Below, one piece after another: positions 1 to 7,416 of a stretch of 34,935 bases of DNA. Each line of letters opens with the position of its first letter. Position 1 is the stretch's first letter. A program made the translations under genes and the position numbers. The DNA comes from Rhodothermales bacterium (GTDB taxonomy: Bacteria > Bacteroidota > Rhodothermia > Rhodothermales > DATKEJ01), in assembly GCA_035512315.1 (NCBI GenBank), contig DATKEJ010000404.1, forward strand, positions 1 through 34,935, in the 5' to 3' direction. Below the pieces are notes generated by a model. The model saw only the letters and a program-made list of their open reading frames with translations. It did no database searches and was not told the origin of the DNA.

Positions 1-1
1 G

Positions 2-628
2 GCAACGCTTCGATCTGCGACCAAGTTGCTCAGTGAGAGGTTGGGGCCACGCAGCATAAAGGCAGCCCAAGCAAAAAACAACCTGGCAGTTCTTCTTGAG
101 GAAAGCGGCGATGTCGAACAAGCCGAGAGTTTGTACCGGGAGGCATTGGAGGTATGGGAGAGCTCACTCCAGCCGAACCATCCGACGCTCGCCAAAGGCT
201 GGCACAACCTCGCAATGCTCTTAAGAGATCAGGAACGACCAGAAGAGTCCCTCGAGTACTATTCGCGTGCCGTCAGGGGATACCGATCTCATGGTAATCT
301 TAACCGGGAGTCTTTGGGTGACGTGCTGATCGGACAGGCGAAGGTTCAGCGCTCTGTTGGCGATCTCGTCGGCGCCGCCTCCAGCTTCCGAGAATCTTTG
401 GCTATCCGCCAAGAGGAGCTTCCCCCTGGACACTGGCGCATCGGCACCGCGATGAGCCTCCTTGGAGAGACGCTCGGTCAACTCGGTGAGCGCGAGGAGG
501 CCGAGGCGATGCTACGATCGGGCCTCGAGATTCTGACGGCAGCTCTCGGACCGGACGACGAGAAAACCCACGAAGCCGAAGAGCGCCTTCGGAGATTCCG
601 GCCGGCTGTGATGGCGTCGGCGGGTTAG
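2..628 (+). CDS. TPR-repeat protein, C-terminal part (5' end outside window)
   Basis: Frame is open from the window edge (no stop between nt 2 and the listed TTG at 26). The translation is a run of helical-hairpin units with a TPR-like pattern (AESLYREALEVWE, SLEYYSRAVRGY, AEAMLRSGLEIL). Confidence 0.6.
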   Translation, partial: ATLRSATKLLSERLGPRSIKAAQAKNNLAVLLEESGDVEQAESLYREALEVWESSLQPNHPTLAKGWHNLAMLLRDQERPEESLEYYSRAVRGYRSHGNLNRESLGDVLIGQAKVQRSVGDLVGAASSFRESLAIRQEELPPGHWRIGTAMSLLGETLGQLGEREEAEAMLRSGLEILTAALGPDDEKTHEAEERLRRFRPAVMASAG

Positions 629-634
629 CCGGGA

Positions 635-1681
635 TCACGCGCCCTCCGTCACCTCAGGGAACGCCTTTCTCACGGCCGACAGCAGCCCCTCCTGCCCCGG
701 CGAGAGCCGTTCGTGCTCGTCAAGGCAGCGGTTGGACTTCAGCCGCCCCTCCCTTCGCAGCACTTCGTTGATCCCCGCAATGCACCCCGCAAAGTCGTTC
801 GCGACGTCGAACACGGCGGCGTTCGCTTCCGTGAGTTGCTCGCCGAGCGTGATGAGCTCGGCCGGGATGATCCCCGTCTCGCGCACTTTCTTGCAGACGT
901 CGAGGATCTCCACCGCACGCTTCGTCCAAACCGCCCACTGGCCCAACAAGCCGCCCGCCATGCCGAGGTAGACCGGACCCCTATCCGTCATGATCTCATA
1001 CGTGGTGATCAGGTCGAGCACGATGTGGTCGTCGTTGCCCGTGTACAGCGCCACCTCGCGCTCGCGCCCCGCCTCGGCCACCGCGCGCACGACGTCGATC
1101 GTCTCATACCGGTTGAACGCCGCGATCTTGATGCCGACGACGTTCGGGATCGCTGCGAATTGTTTCCAGAAATCCTTCGAAAGCCTTCGGCCGCCGACGG
1201 CGCGCTGGAGGTAGAATCCGAACAAGGGGATCTCGGCCGCTACCCGCCGGCAATGGGCGATCAGCTCGTCGTCGGAGGCGTCGGGAAACGCGGCGAGCGA
1301 CAGCAGCGCGGCATGGTATCCGAGCGATGCCGCGAGACGCGCCTCGGCGACCGCCTGCTCCGTTCGCCCTACGACGCCCGCGATCAGTACGGTCCGGCGG
1401 CCCGTCGCTTCGTCGAGTGCTGCGATTTCCTCGGCCGCGATCCGAAGGACCGGCTCGAGCAGCCCGTGCTGCGGCTCGCGGATGCTGAACTGGGTGGTGT
1501 GCACCGCCACCGCGATGCCGCCCGCGCCTGCCCCGTGATAATACCGCGTCAAACCGCGCTGGCTCGCCTCGTCGAACGTCCCGTCCTCGAACAGCGCCAG
1601 CGGATGGGCCGGAATCACCAGCCCCTCGAACAACCGCCGCCTCAGCCAGGGCGCGACCTCTGCATACGTACCGTCACTCAT
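635..1681 (-). CDS. DapA/NanA-family class I aldolase-like protein (dihydrodipicolinate synthase family)
   Basis: 348-aa ORF with a candidate Schiff-base lysine in NVVGIKIAAF and an upstream FGFYLQ tyrosine, as in DapA-family TIM-barrel aldolases. By-eye motif match only. Confidence 0.6.
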   Translation of the reverse strand: MSDGTYAEVAPWLRRRLFEGLVIPAHPLALFEDGTFDEASQRGLTRYYHGAGAGGIAVAVHTTQFSIREPQHGLLEPVLRIAAEEIAALDEATGRRTVLIAGVVGRTEQAVAEARLAASLGYHAALLSLAAFPDASDDELIAHCRRVAAEIPLFGFYLQRAVGGRRLSKDFWKQFAAIPNVVGIKIAAFNRYETIDVVRAVAEAGREREVALYTGNDDHIVLDLITTYEIMTDRGPVYLGMAGGLLGQWAVWTKRAVEILDVCKKVRETGIIPAELITLGEQLTEANAAVFDVANDFAGCIAGINEVLRREGRLKSNRCLDEHERLSPGQEGLLSAVRKAFPEVTEGA

Positions 1682-1717
1682 TCTGCGTCTCCGGTTTCGC
1701 AGGGCGTAATGTACGGA

Positions 1718-1780
1718 CGTCGAACGTTTTAACGTCTGAACGTCTTAACGTCTGAACGTCTGAAGGTCTGAACGTTAGAC
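1718..1780. repeat. Octamer tandem array, unit CGTCTGAA (about 8 units, 5 near-perfect at 1733-1772)
   Basis: Read directly: cgtctgaa cgtcttaa cgtctgaa cgtctgaa ggtctgaa. A degenerate AGACTGAG x3 follows at 1798-1821. Confidence 0.9.
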
Positions 1781-1873
1781 GTCGATGGATAAGCAAAAGA
1801 CTGAGAGACTGACGGACTGCATCGTGCCACGCGAGGGCGGTAAAGTTCTCAGTATGAACTCAGCAGTCAAATT

Positions 1874-1904
1874 CTGCTGTCTGCTGTCTGCTGTCTGCTG
1901 CTGT
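1874..1904. repeat. Heptamer tandem array (CTGCTGT) x4.4
   Basis: Read directly. It ends 2 nt from the stop codon (1907-1909) of the minus-strand SDR gene. Confidence 0.9.
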
Positions 1905-1906
1905 GG

Positions 1907-2941
1907 CTAGTACTTGCCGTCCCTGACCTCAAAGTGCGTCGGTTTGTCGAGCAGAGCGCCTCCGCGCCGTACCCAGTCGGCCGTCCATCGCGCGACCTGG
2001 CGGAGGTCTACGCGAGGCTCCCCGAAAGTACTCACCGCAAACGAGGCGTCGTTGAGCAGCGCGGTTTCGGCCTCCTCACCCGAGAAGACGACCGGGCGGT
2101 CCATGCGCGAGCCGATCCGCGTCGCGAGTCCCCGTACGTCATAGATGCCCGGGCCCGTCAGGTTCAGGAGGGCCGCCGGACTCTCAGCGAGGTCGAGCGA
2201 GCGGATGATCACGTCGTTCGCATCCCCCTGCCAGATGCAGTTCAGATAGCCCGTGCTCAAATCGACCGGCAGGCCGTCCCGTATCCTCAGCGCAATGTCG
2301 ACGAGCACGCCGTACCGAAGCTCCACCGCGTAGTTCAGCCGCACGAGAACTATGGGCGTGCCGTTGGCGATGGACCAGTGCTCGAAAACGCGCTCGCGGC
2401 CGAGACACGACCAGGCGTATTCTCCGACGGGGCCGACCGCATCCGCCTCGGTCGAGCCGCCGTCGTCGGGCCGTGTGAAGGGATACACGTTGCCCGACGA
2501 AAGGGCGACGATTCGGGAGGACGGATACCGGCGCGATACCAGCGACGGGGTCAACGTGTTGACGGCCCAGGTCCGTCCGGGATTCTCGGCGGTCCCGAAC
2601 TTCCAGCCGACGAGGAAGATCACGTTGCCGGCGTCGGGAAGCTTTTCGACACTCCTCGGATCCGTCAGGTCGCAGGCGATCGTCTCCACGCCTTGCCGTT
2701 CGAGGTCCTTTCGCGACCCGGCATCCGAGAAGCGGCTGACGGCGACGACGCGCACATCCGAGCCCGCCGCCTTGACCGCACGCCGCGCACGGACGCACAG
2801 CGATGGGCCCATCTTGCCGCCGGCTCCGAGAATCAGAAGGATGCCGGAGAGAGATCCAATGAAGTCAACGAGTTGTTCCGAAGGATCGGTCAGGAGCCGG
2901 TCGAGCTCGCGTTCGGAGGATATGGTGTCGGGGAGGCGCAT
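1907..2941 (-). CDS. NAD(P)-dependent epimerase/dehydratase-family (extended SDR) protein, atypical active site
   Basis: 344 aa. Rossmann motif LILGAGGKMG. Ser149 and Tyr175 lie at extended-SDR spacing, but the Lys of YxxxK is Cys (YAWSC). Confidence 0.7.
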   Translation of the reverse strand: MRLPDTISSERELDRLLTDPSEQLVDFIGSLSGILLILGAGGKMGPSLCVRARRAVKAAGSDVRVVAVSRFSDAGSRKDLERQGVETIACDLTDPRSVEKLPDAGNVIFLVGWKFGTAENPGRTWAVNTLTPSLVSRRYPSSRIVALSSGNVYPFTRPDDGGSTEADAVGPVGEYAWSCLGRERVFEHWSIANGTPIVLVRLNYAVELRYGVLVDIALRIRDGLPVDLSTGYLNCIWQGDANDVIIRSLDLAESPAALLNLTGPGIYDVRGLATRIGSRMDRPVVFSGEEAETALLNDASFAVSTFGEPRVDLRQVARWTADWVRRGGALLDKPTHFEVRDGKY

Positions 2942-2955
2942 GCACTCTTGTTCGT

Positions 2956-2983
2956 GTCATCCCGGGCTTGACCCGGGATCCAG
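2956..2983. repeat. 28-bp hairpin element GTCATCCCGGGCTTGACCCGGGATCCAG (copy 1)
   Basis: 8-bp perfect stem ATCCCGGG/CCCGGGAT with loop CTTGA. A second copy lies at 29615-29642. Confidence 0.85.
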
Positions 2984-2984
2984 A

Positions 2985-3005
2985 TCGACGTTCGACGTTC
3001 GACGC
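2985..3005. repeat. Heptamer tandem array (TCGACGT) x3
   Basis: Read directly. Same family as 3131-3165 and 26223-26281. Confidence 0.85.
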
Positions 3006-3130
3006 AACCTAACCCGAAAGGTACTAACGAGGACGCAACTCTTTCGGAGTGGAATCGTGGGTTTGCCCCCCAGCGAGTCGTGTGCCGGGGTTTTCTCTCA
3101 CCGTTCTCGCTCGTTCGGGCCAGGCTGTTT

Positions 3131-3165
3131 GACGTTCGACGTTTGACGTTTGACGTTTGACGTAT
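3131..3165. repeat. Heptamer tandem array (GACGTTY) x5
   Basis: gacgttc gacgttt gacgttt gacgttt gacgtat. It ends 8 nt before the creatininase-family ATG. Confidence 0.9.
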
Positions 3166-3173
3166 TTTGCTTC

Positions 3174-3887
3174 ATGGAAACCGAGGAAGCACCGTCGAAG
3201 CCTTGGGGCGAGTACGCCCGGCTGCGCCCGCACGAAATCGCGGAAATCATGTCGCGCCATCCGATCGCCTACCTGCCGTGGGGGGCGATCGAGTGGCACA
3301 GTTACCATAATCCCGTCGGGCTCGACGGCTTCATCGCCGAGGCGCAGTGCAAGGCCCTCGCGCGCCGCAACGGAGGCCTCGTATTCCCCGTCGTCTTCGC
3401 CGGCACCGATACCATCAAGCCGTTCAAAGGCTTCAAGTACACGATCGAGCACGGCGCGGGCACCGTGGATGCGCTCTGCTCCGAATTCCTCGGCCAATTG
3501 GCGGAGGAGGGATTCACCACGATCGTGCTCATCACCGGGCATGCGGGCGGCGGACATACAGACGCCCTCGCGACAGCGGGCGGGCGTTTCCGAACGGCGA
3601 GGCCCGACGTTGGGCTGATCGTGTATGCATCGTTCGAGCCGATAAAGGACACGCATCCGATGAACCACGCCGCGACCGGCGAGACGTCGCTCCAGTTGTT
3701 CGTCGATCGGGAGACGGTCGACCTCGCGCTCGTGCCGGCCGGCGACCCTCCCACGCTCGACGACGACGGCGTCTGGGGCGACGACCCGCGGGCCGCATCC
3801 ATCGAAAAGGGGGAGGCCATCATGACGAAGTTCGTCGAAACGGTCTCTCCCGAAATCCAAAAGCTTCAAAACCGGCGAGGAGAATGA
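3174..3887 (+). CDS. Creatininase-family amidohydrolase
   Basis: ATG at 3174 is preferred over the listed TTG at 3150, which lies inside the GACGTTT array. Family metal-site pattern present: PWGAIEWHSYHNPVGLD, ITGHAGGGH, NHAATGETS. Confidence 0.8.
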   Translation: METEEAPSKPWGEYARLRPHEIAEIMSRHPIAYLPWGAIEWHSYHNPVGLDGFIAEAQCKALARRNGGLVFPVVFAGTDTIKPFKGFKYTIEHGAGTVDALCSEFLGQLAEEGFTTIVLITGHAGGGHTDALATAGGRFRTARPDVGLIVYASFEPIKDTHPMNHAATGETSLQLFVDRETVDLALVPAGDPPTLDDDGVWGDDPRAASIEKGEAIMTKFVETVSPEIQKLQNRRGE

Positions 3888-4843
3888 GATATCGGACTCT
3901 GGGAAGAACGGGTCTGCGGTGCAGCGAAATCGGTCTCGGTACCTGGGCGTTCGCGTCCCAGATCTATGGCACGGTCGACCGCGGCGATGCGTACAGGACC
4001 GTCGACCGCGCGCTCGACAGCGGCATTACGTTCTTCGACACCGCGCCGCTCTACGGCGATAAGGAACACGACGGGATATCCGAAAAGGTGTTGGGCAGGG
4101 CGCTCGGGGATGCCAAACGATCGGTCATCATCTCCACAAAGTTCGGGAGGTACTCGACCGACGGCGCGGCGCCGAATTTCCACGCGAAGAGGGCGTACGA
4201 GTCCGTCGAGGGCAGCCTCAGGCGACTCGGCCGCGACCATGTCGACGTGCTATTCTTTCACTCGCCATTCGGCCCGCAGGACATCCACGACGACGTCTGG
4301 GAGGCGCTCGACGACCTGAGAAGTCAGGGCAAGGTGCGCTTCCTGGGGCACTCGATTTCGATGTTTGAAGACACCGAAGGGATGGCGAGGCAGTGGGCGG
4401 CCGAGAGGAAGATCGACGTGATCCAGGTCGTCTACAGCCTGATGAATCGGGAGTCGACCGCGCTGATCCGCGACCTGGCCGACGAGGGAATCGGCATCGT
4501 GGCCCGCGAGTCCCTGGCGAACGGATTTCTGTCGGGCGCGATCACGAAGGAGACGGTTTTCCCCGAAGGCCACCTGAACTCCCGGTACTCGCGTGAGGAA
4601 ATTGCCGACCGCGTGGATTACGTCGACGCGCTGTCGTTTCTGGTGAGGGGTCCGGTCAAGTCCGTACCACAGGCGGCTTTCCGCTGGGTGCTCGACAATC
4701 GGGACGTGTCGCTGGTCCTGAGCGGGGCGAGCAGCGAGGATCAATTGGCGGAATGTGCTGCCGTGTCCGACATTCCGGGGTATTCCAAAGACGAATTGAG
4801 GAAGGCAGATGAGATACATGTGCGCGACTTCCAGGCGGCTTGA
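3884..4843 (+). CDS. Aldo/keto reductase
   Basis: The listed ORF 3347-4843 is trimmed to the in-frame ATG at 3884, giving MRYRTLGRTGLRCSEIGLGTW and FFDTAPLYG, a typical AKR N-terminus. ATGA overlap with the upstream stop codon. Confidence 0.85.
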   Translation: MRYRTLGRTGLRCSEIGLGTWAFASQIYGTVDRGDAYRTVDRALDSGITFFDTAPLYGDKEHDGISEKVLGRALGDAKRSVIISTKFGRYSTDGAAPNFHAKRAYESVEGSLRRLGRDHVDVLFFHSPFGPQDIHDDVWEALDDLRSQGKVRFLGHSISMFEDTEGMARQWAAERKIDVIQVVYSLMNRESTALIRDLADEGIGIVARESLANGFLSGAITKETVFPEGHLNSRYSREEIADRVDYVDALSFLVRGPVKSVPQAAFRWVLDNRDVSLVLSGASSEDQLAECAAVSDIPGYSKDELRKADEIHVRDFQAA

Positions 4844-5504
4844 AGGCGCCGTTCGGACGATCATTCTGTCGGCGTGCGCCGTTCTTGCGGTCCAGGCCGG
4901 ATTGCATGCTCAGGAGGTTTCCGTCGGCGTGCGGCTCAGTACGCTCGGCTTCGGCGCAGAGGCGGGCGTGAAGGTACTCGACCGGGCGGGTGTACGCGTC
5001 GGTCTGAACGCCCTGTCGCTGTCGGTCAACGCCGAGGAGGAAGGGAACGACTACGAGTTCGACATCGGCCTGTGGACGCAATCCCTTCTGGCGGACTTCT
5101 ACTTCTCGAGGATCGGTTTCCGCGCGACCGCAGGCGTGTTCGCCAACGGCAACGAGGTCGACATGACGGCCGAGTCGCAGAACGGGTTCGAACTCGGCGG
5201 CAACGTGTACCCACCGGATCAAGTAGGCACGGTCTCAGGGGGGATGGACTTCAACGACATCAACCCGTACGTGGGGCTTGGCCTCGACACGTCGTTCGGA
5301 AGGGATCGGGGCCTCGGTTTCGTAGCCGAGTTGGGAGCGCTGTTCCAAGGCTCTCCGAGGCTGACCTTGAGTGCGGACGGCCCGATAGCAGCCGACCCGG
5401 ACTTTCAGGCGGAGCTGGAGTCCGAACGCGAATCGATCGAAGACGACATGTCCGCTTACAGCGTGTACCCGGTCGTCGTGCTCGGGGTCAGCTACAGGTT
5501 CTGA
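4809..5504 (+). CDS. Outer-membrane beta-barrel protein
   Basis: Signal peptide (TIILSACAVLAVQAGLHA/QE), alternating beta-strand-like pattern, and a C-terminal GVSYRF ending in Phe. The start (4809 or 4818) overlaps the AKR 3' end. Confidence 0.6.
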   Translation: MRYMCATSRRLEGAVRTIILSACAVLAVQAGLHAQEVSVGVRLSTLGFGAEAGVKVLDRAGVRVGLNALSLSVNAEEEGNDYEFDIGLWTQSLLADFYFSRIGFRATAGVFANGNEVDMTAESQNGFELGGNVYPPDQVGTVSGGMDFNDINPYVGLGLDTSFGRDRGLGFVAELGALFQGSPRLTLSADGPIAADPDFQAELESERESIEDDMSAYSVYPVVVLGVSYRF

Positions 5505-5530
5505 CGTCAAACGTTAAATGTCGAACGTCG
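5503..5530. repeat. Degenerate ACGT-core octamer array
   Basis: gacgtcaa acgttaaa tgtcgaa cgtcgtg. Weak relative of the CGTCTGAA family, starting inside the OMP stop codon. Confidence 0.4.
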
Positions 5531-5558
5531 TGTCCTTCGAGGAGCGCAAGCAGACTCT

Positions 5559-5626
5559 GTAGGGGCAGGCCAGAGCCCAACGCATCCGATTCGCTTGGGG
5601 TGGCGGTGGGAGCGTCGGCCTGCCCG
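5559..5626 (+). repeat. Hairpin-bounded dispersed element, copy A (68 bp)
   Basis: Termini are GTAGGGGCAGGCCAGAGC and GAGCGTCGGCCTGCCCG. GGGCAGGCC and GGCCTGCCC form a 9-bp inverted repeat. Further copies lie at 10930-10996 and, inverted, at 20925-20993. Confidence 0.85.
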
Positions 5627-5664
5627 TCGGCGCCGCGCCGGCGGTCGGTCACCCCTGTTCGTAT

Positions 5665-6489
5665 TCAAACCCCGTAAATATCCGTCCGCACGTCCTTCGC
5701 CGCCCGTTTGACGAGTCTCCGATTCGGTCCGTCGGCGTCGAGGTTGATGGCTGCGGAAACGATGTCCGGGCCCGCTTCGAGCGTCTGTGCGATGATCGAT
5801 CCCTCCGCGTCGAGGATGACCGTGGCGCCCATCCCGTCTTGTGTGCCATTGTGATTGTGCGGGTCGCGCATCCCGGAAGCGACCAACGGGAGGGCCGCAT
5901 CGACCGCCCGCGCCCGCAGGCGCGTGGTGAAATGCGGGCAGTCTGCGAGCGAGATCAGGTGTGGGAAGACGAGCAGATCCGCGCCCTTCCGAGCCAGGAG
6001 GGACGGAAGTTCGGGGTAGTTCAGATCCCAGCAGATGAAGATGCCGATCCGTCCGAAGTCCAGATCGAAGACCGGGACGTCGTTTCCCACAAGTGCATTC
6101 TGCTCGAGGCGGCAGATCTCGGGCTCGTGGATCTTTTCGTAGCGTCCGACGATGGAGCCCTCCCGGTCGATGGCGAGGGCGAGGTTCTGGCCGCCGGACT
6201 CGCGTCGCTCGATCAGCCCGATGACGACGTTGACGCCGAAGTCCCTCGCGATCCGGCAGGCGGCATCGGATGTAGGTCCGGGGATGGCCTCTGCGACGTC
6301 GAAGTAGGTGAAATCCGGATGGTCGTCCGGGTAGCAGAGCATAGCGACCGCCTCGGGGAGGACGACGAGGTCGGGTTTATCCCGTGCGGCCTTTTCCAGC
6401 ATGTCGAGGGCGTGCCGGCGGTTGTCGTCGGGCGACGCCGTACGAATTGACCAGAGCTGGACGGCTGCTATGTGAACCGGGGTCGGCAT
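5665..6489 (-). CDS. Carbon-nitrogen hydrolase (nitrilase superfamily)
   Basis: 274 aa. Glu-Lys-Cys triad contexts present: VVLPEAV, RYEKIH, IFICWDLNYPE. Confidence 0.85.
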   Translation of the reverse strand: MPTPVHIAAVQLWSIRTASPDDNRRHALDMLEKAARDKPDLVVLPEAVAMLCYPDDHPDFTYFDVAEAIPGPTSDAACRIARDFGVNVVIGLIERRESGGQNLALAIDREGSIVGRYEKIHEPEICRLEQNALVGNDVPVFDLDFGRIGIFICWDLNYPELPSLLARKGADLLVFPHLISLADCPHFTTRLRARAVDAALPLVASGMRDPHNHNGTQDGMGATVILDAEGSIIAQTLEAGPDIVSAAINLDADGPNRRLVKRAAKDVRTDIYGV

Positions 6490-6532
6490 TGGGGGATCAT
6501 GTTGGTTTTTTATTGCGCCAAGACGCTCTTGG

Positions 6533-6560
6533 AAACGCTAAACGCTAAACGCGAAACGTG
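6533..6560. repeat. Heptamer tandem array (AAACGCT) x4
   Basis: aaacgct aaacgct aaacgcg aaacgtg. The same family occurs at 10888-10920 and, inverted, at 34455-34482. Confidence 0.9.
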
Positions 6561-6618
6561 CCCCTTCCGCAGGGTTGCGCCAGCGGTGCGGTCGTTTCGG
6601 CGCTGTGTTGTTTTTCGC

Positions 6619-6642
6619 GCAAAGACGCGAAGACGCAAAGGT
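6619..6642. repeat. Octamer tandem array (GCRAAGAC) x3
   Basis: gcaaagac gcgaagac gcaaaggt. A related array lies at 34365-34388. Confidence 0.8.
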
Positions 6643-6668
6643 CCCGGTCAAAATGCGGCCGTCATTTT

Positions 6669-7079
6669 TCATTTTTCAATTGTAGCGAATTCCTCAAGCG
6701 AGACCGCCACGTCAGGGAAGACCCGGGCGATTTTGCCGTCACCCGTGACGAGGTGGAGGCCCATGGCATCGGCGAGTGCGACGAACTCGCAGTCGTAGCT
6801 AGAGTGGCCGGTGCGCTCGACGAGTTTCAGTACGGAGGCCGTAGCGACTGTGTACTCCTTTCCGCGCATGGATGCCTCCGCCTTATCCGCGATCCAGACT
6901 GCATCCGAGTAGCCTATATGGCCTGCGAGCATGTATTGGCGCAGCACGCTCCTGAATTCCGAGCGCCAGAGCACCGGCGCCGCCCAGTCGGGATCCCGTC
7001 GCCGGGCGCCGAGAGCGGCGGGCGTGCGCGGGCCCCTGATCCAGAATGCCGCGATCACGTCCGTATCGACCACGATCAT
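6669..7079 (-). CDS. vapC: Type II toxin, PIN-domain VapC
   Basis: 136 aa. PIN acidic residues in VVDTDV, WRSEF, SSYDCEF and LVTGDG. ATGA overlap with the upstream antitoxin gene. Confidence 0.85.
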   Translation of the reverse strand: MIVVDTDVIAAFWIRGPRTPAALGARRRDPDWAAPVLWRSEFRSVLRQYMLAGHIGYSDAVWIADKAEASMRGKEYTVATASVLKLVERTGHSSYDCEFVALADAMGLHLVTGDGKIARVFPDVAVSLEEFATIEK

Positions 7080-7342
7080 CGGTCAGCCGATTCGAGCGGA
7101 TCCTCATACCGCCTTCCCGCCCGCTTGCCCGCAGCGGTGAGATCCGGAAGCGGCTCCCCGAACCGGGCGTGTACGGCCTCGGCCTCCGCGATGAGGACGC
7201 CGGCGTCGACGGGTTGCGGGAGGAGAGTTTCTTCGAGGAGGGTGACGATTTCGCTGCTCATGGACCGGCGATGCCGGGAGGCGCGCTCGCGGAGTCGCTC
7301 GTAGAGGCGGTCGGGGATGTCGCGGACGGTGAGAGCAGGCAT
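7076..7342 (-). CDS. Type II antitoxin, ribbon-helix-helix (VapB/FitA-like)
   Basis: 88 aa. The N-terminus MPALTVRDIPDRLYERLRERA is RHH-like. The gene is immediately upstream of vapC and overlaps it by 4 nt. Confidence 0.75.
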   Translation of the reverse strand: MPALTVRDIPDRLYERLRERASRHRRSMSSEIVTLLEETLLPQPVDAGVLIAEAEAVHARFGEPLPDLTAAGKRAGRRYEDPLESADR

Positions 7343-7376
7343 GGACCTACGGATTCTTGCGGTGATATCGGTATGA

Positions 7377-7389
7377 CATCATTATGATG
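7377..7389. promoter_or_regulatory. Candidate TA operator: perfect 13-bp palindrome CATCATTATGATG
   Basis: Lies 35 nt upstream of the antitoxin ATG (7342, minus strand). Called on position and symmetry only. Confidence 0.35.
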
Positions 7390-7416
7390 CGAGGAGTTCC
7401 CGCGCAGGCGTAGTGC

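Noticed and set aside
3347-3883. 179-aa N-terminal extension of the listed AKR ORF (3347-4843)
   Set aside because: It overlaps the creatininase-family gene in another frame and is an Arg-rich low-complexity translation. A typical AKR N-terminus begins at the in-frame ATG at 3884.
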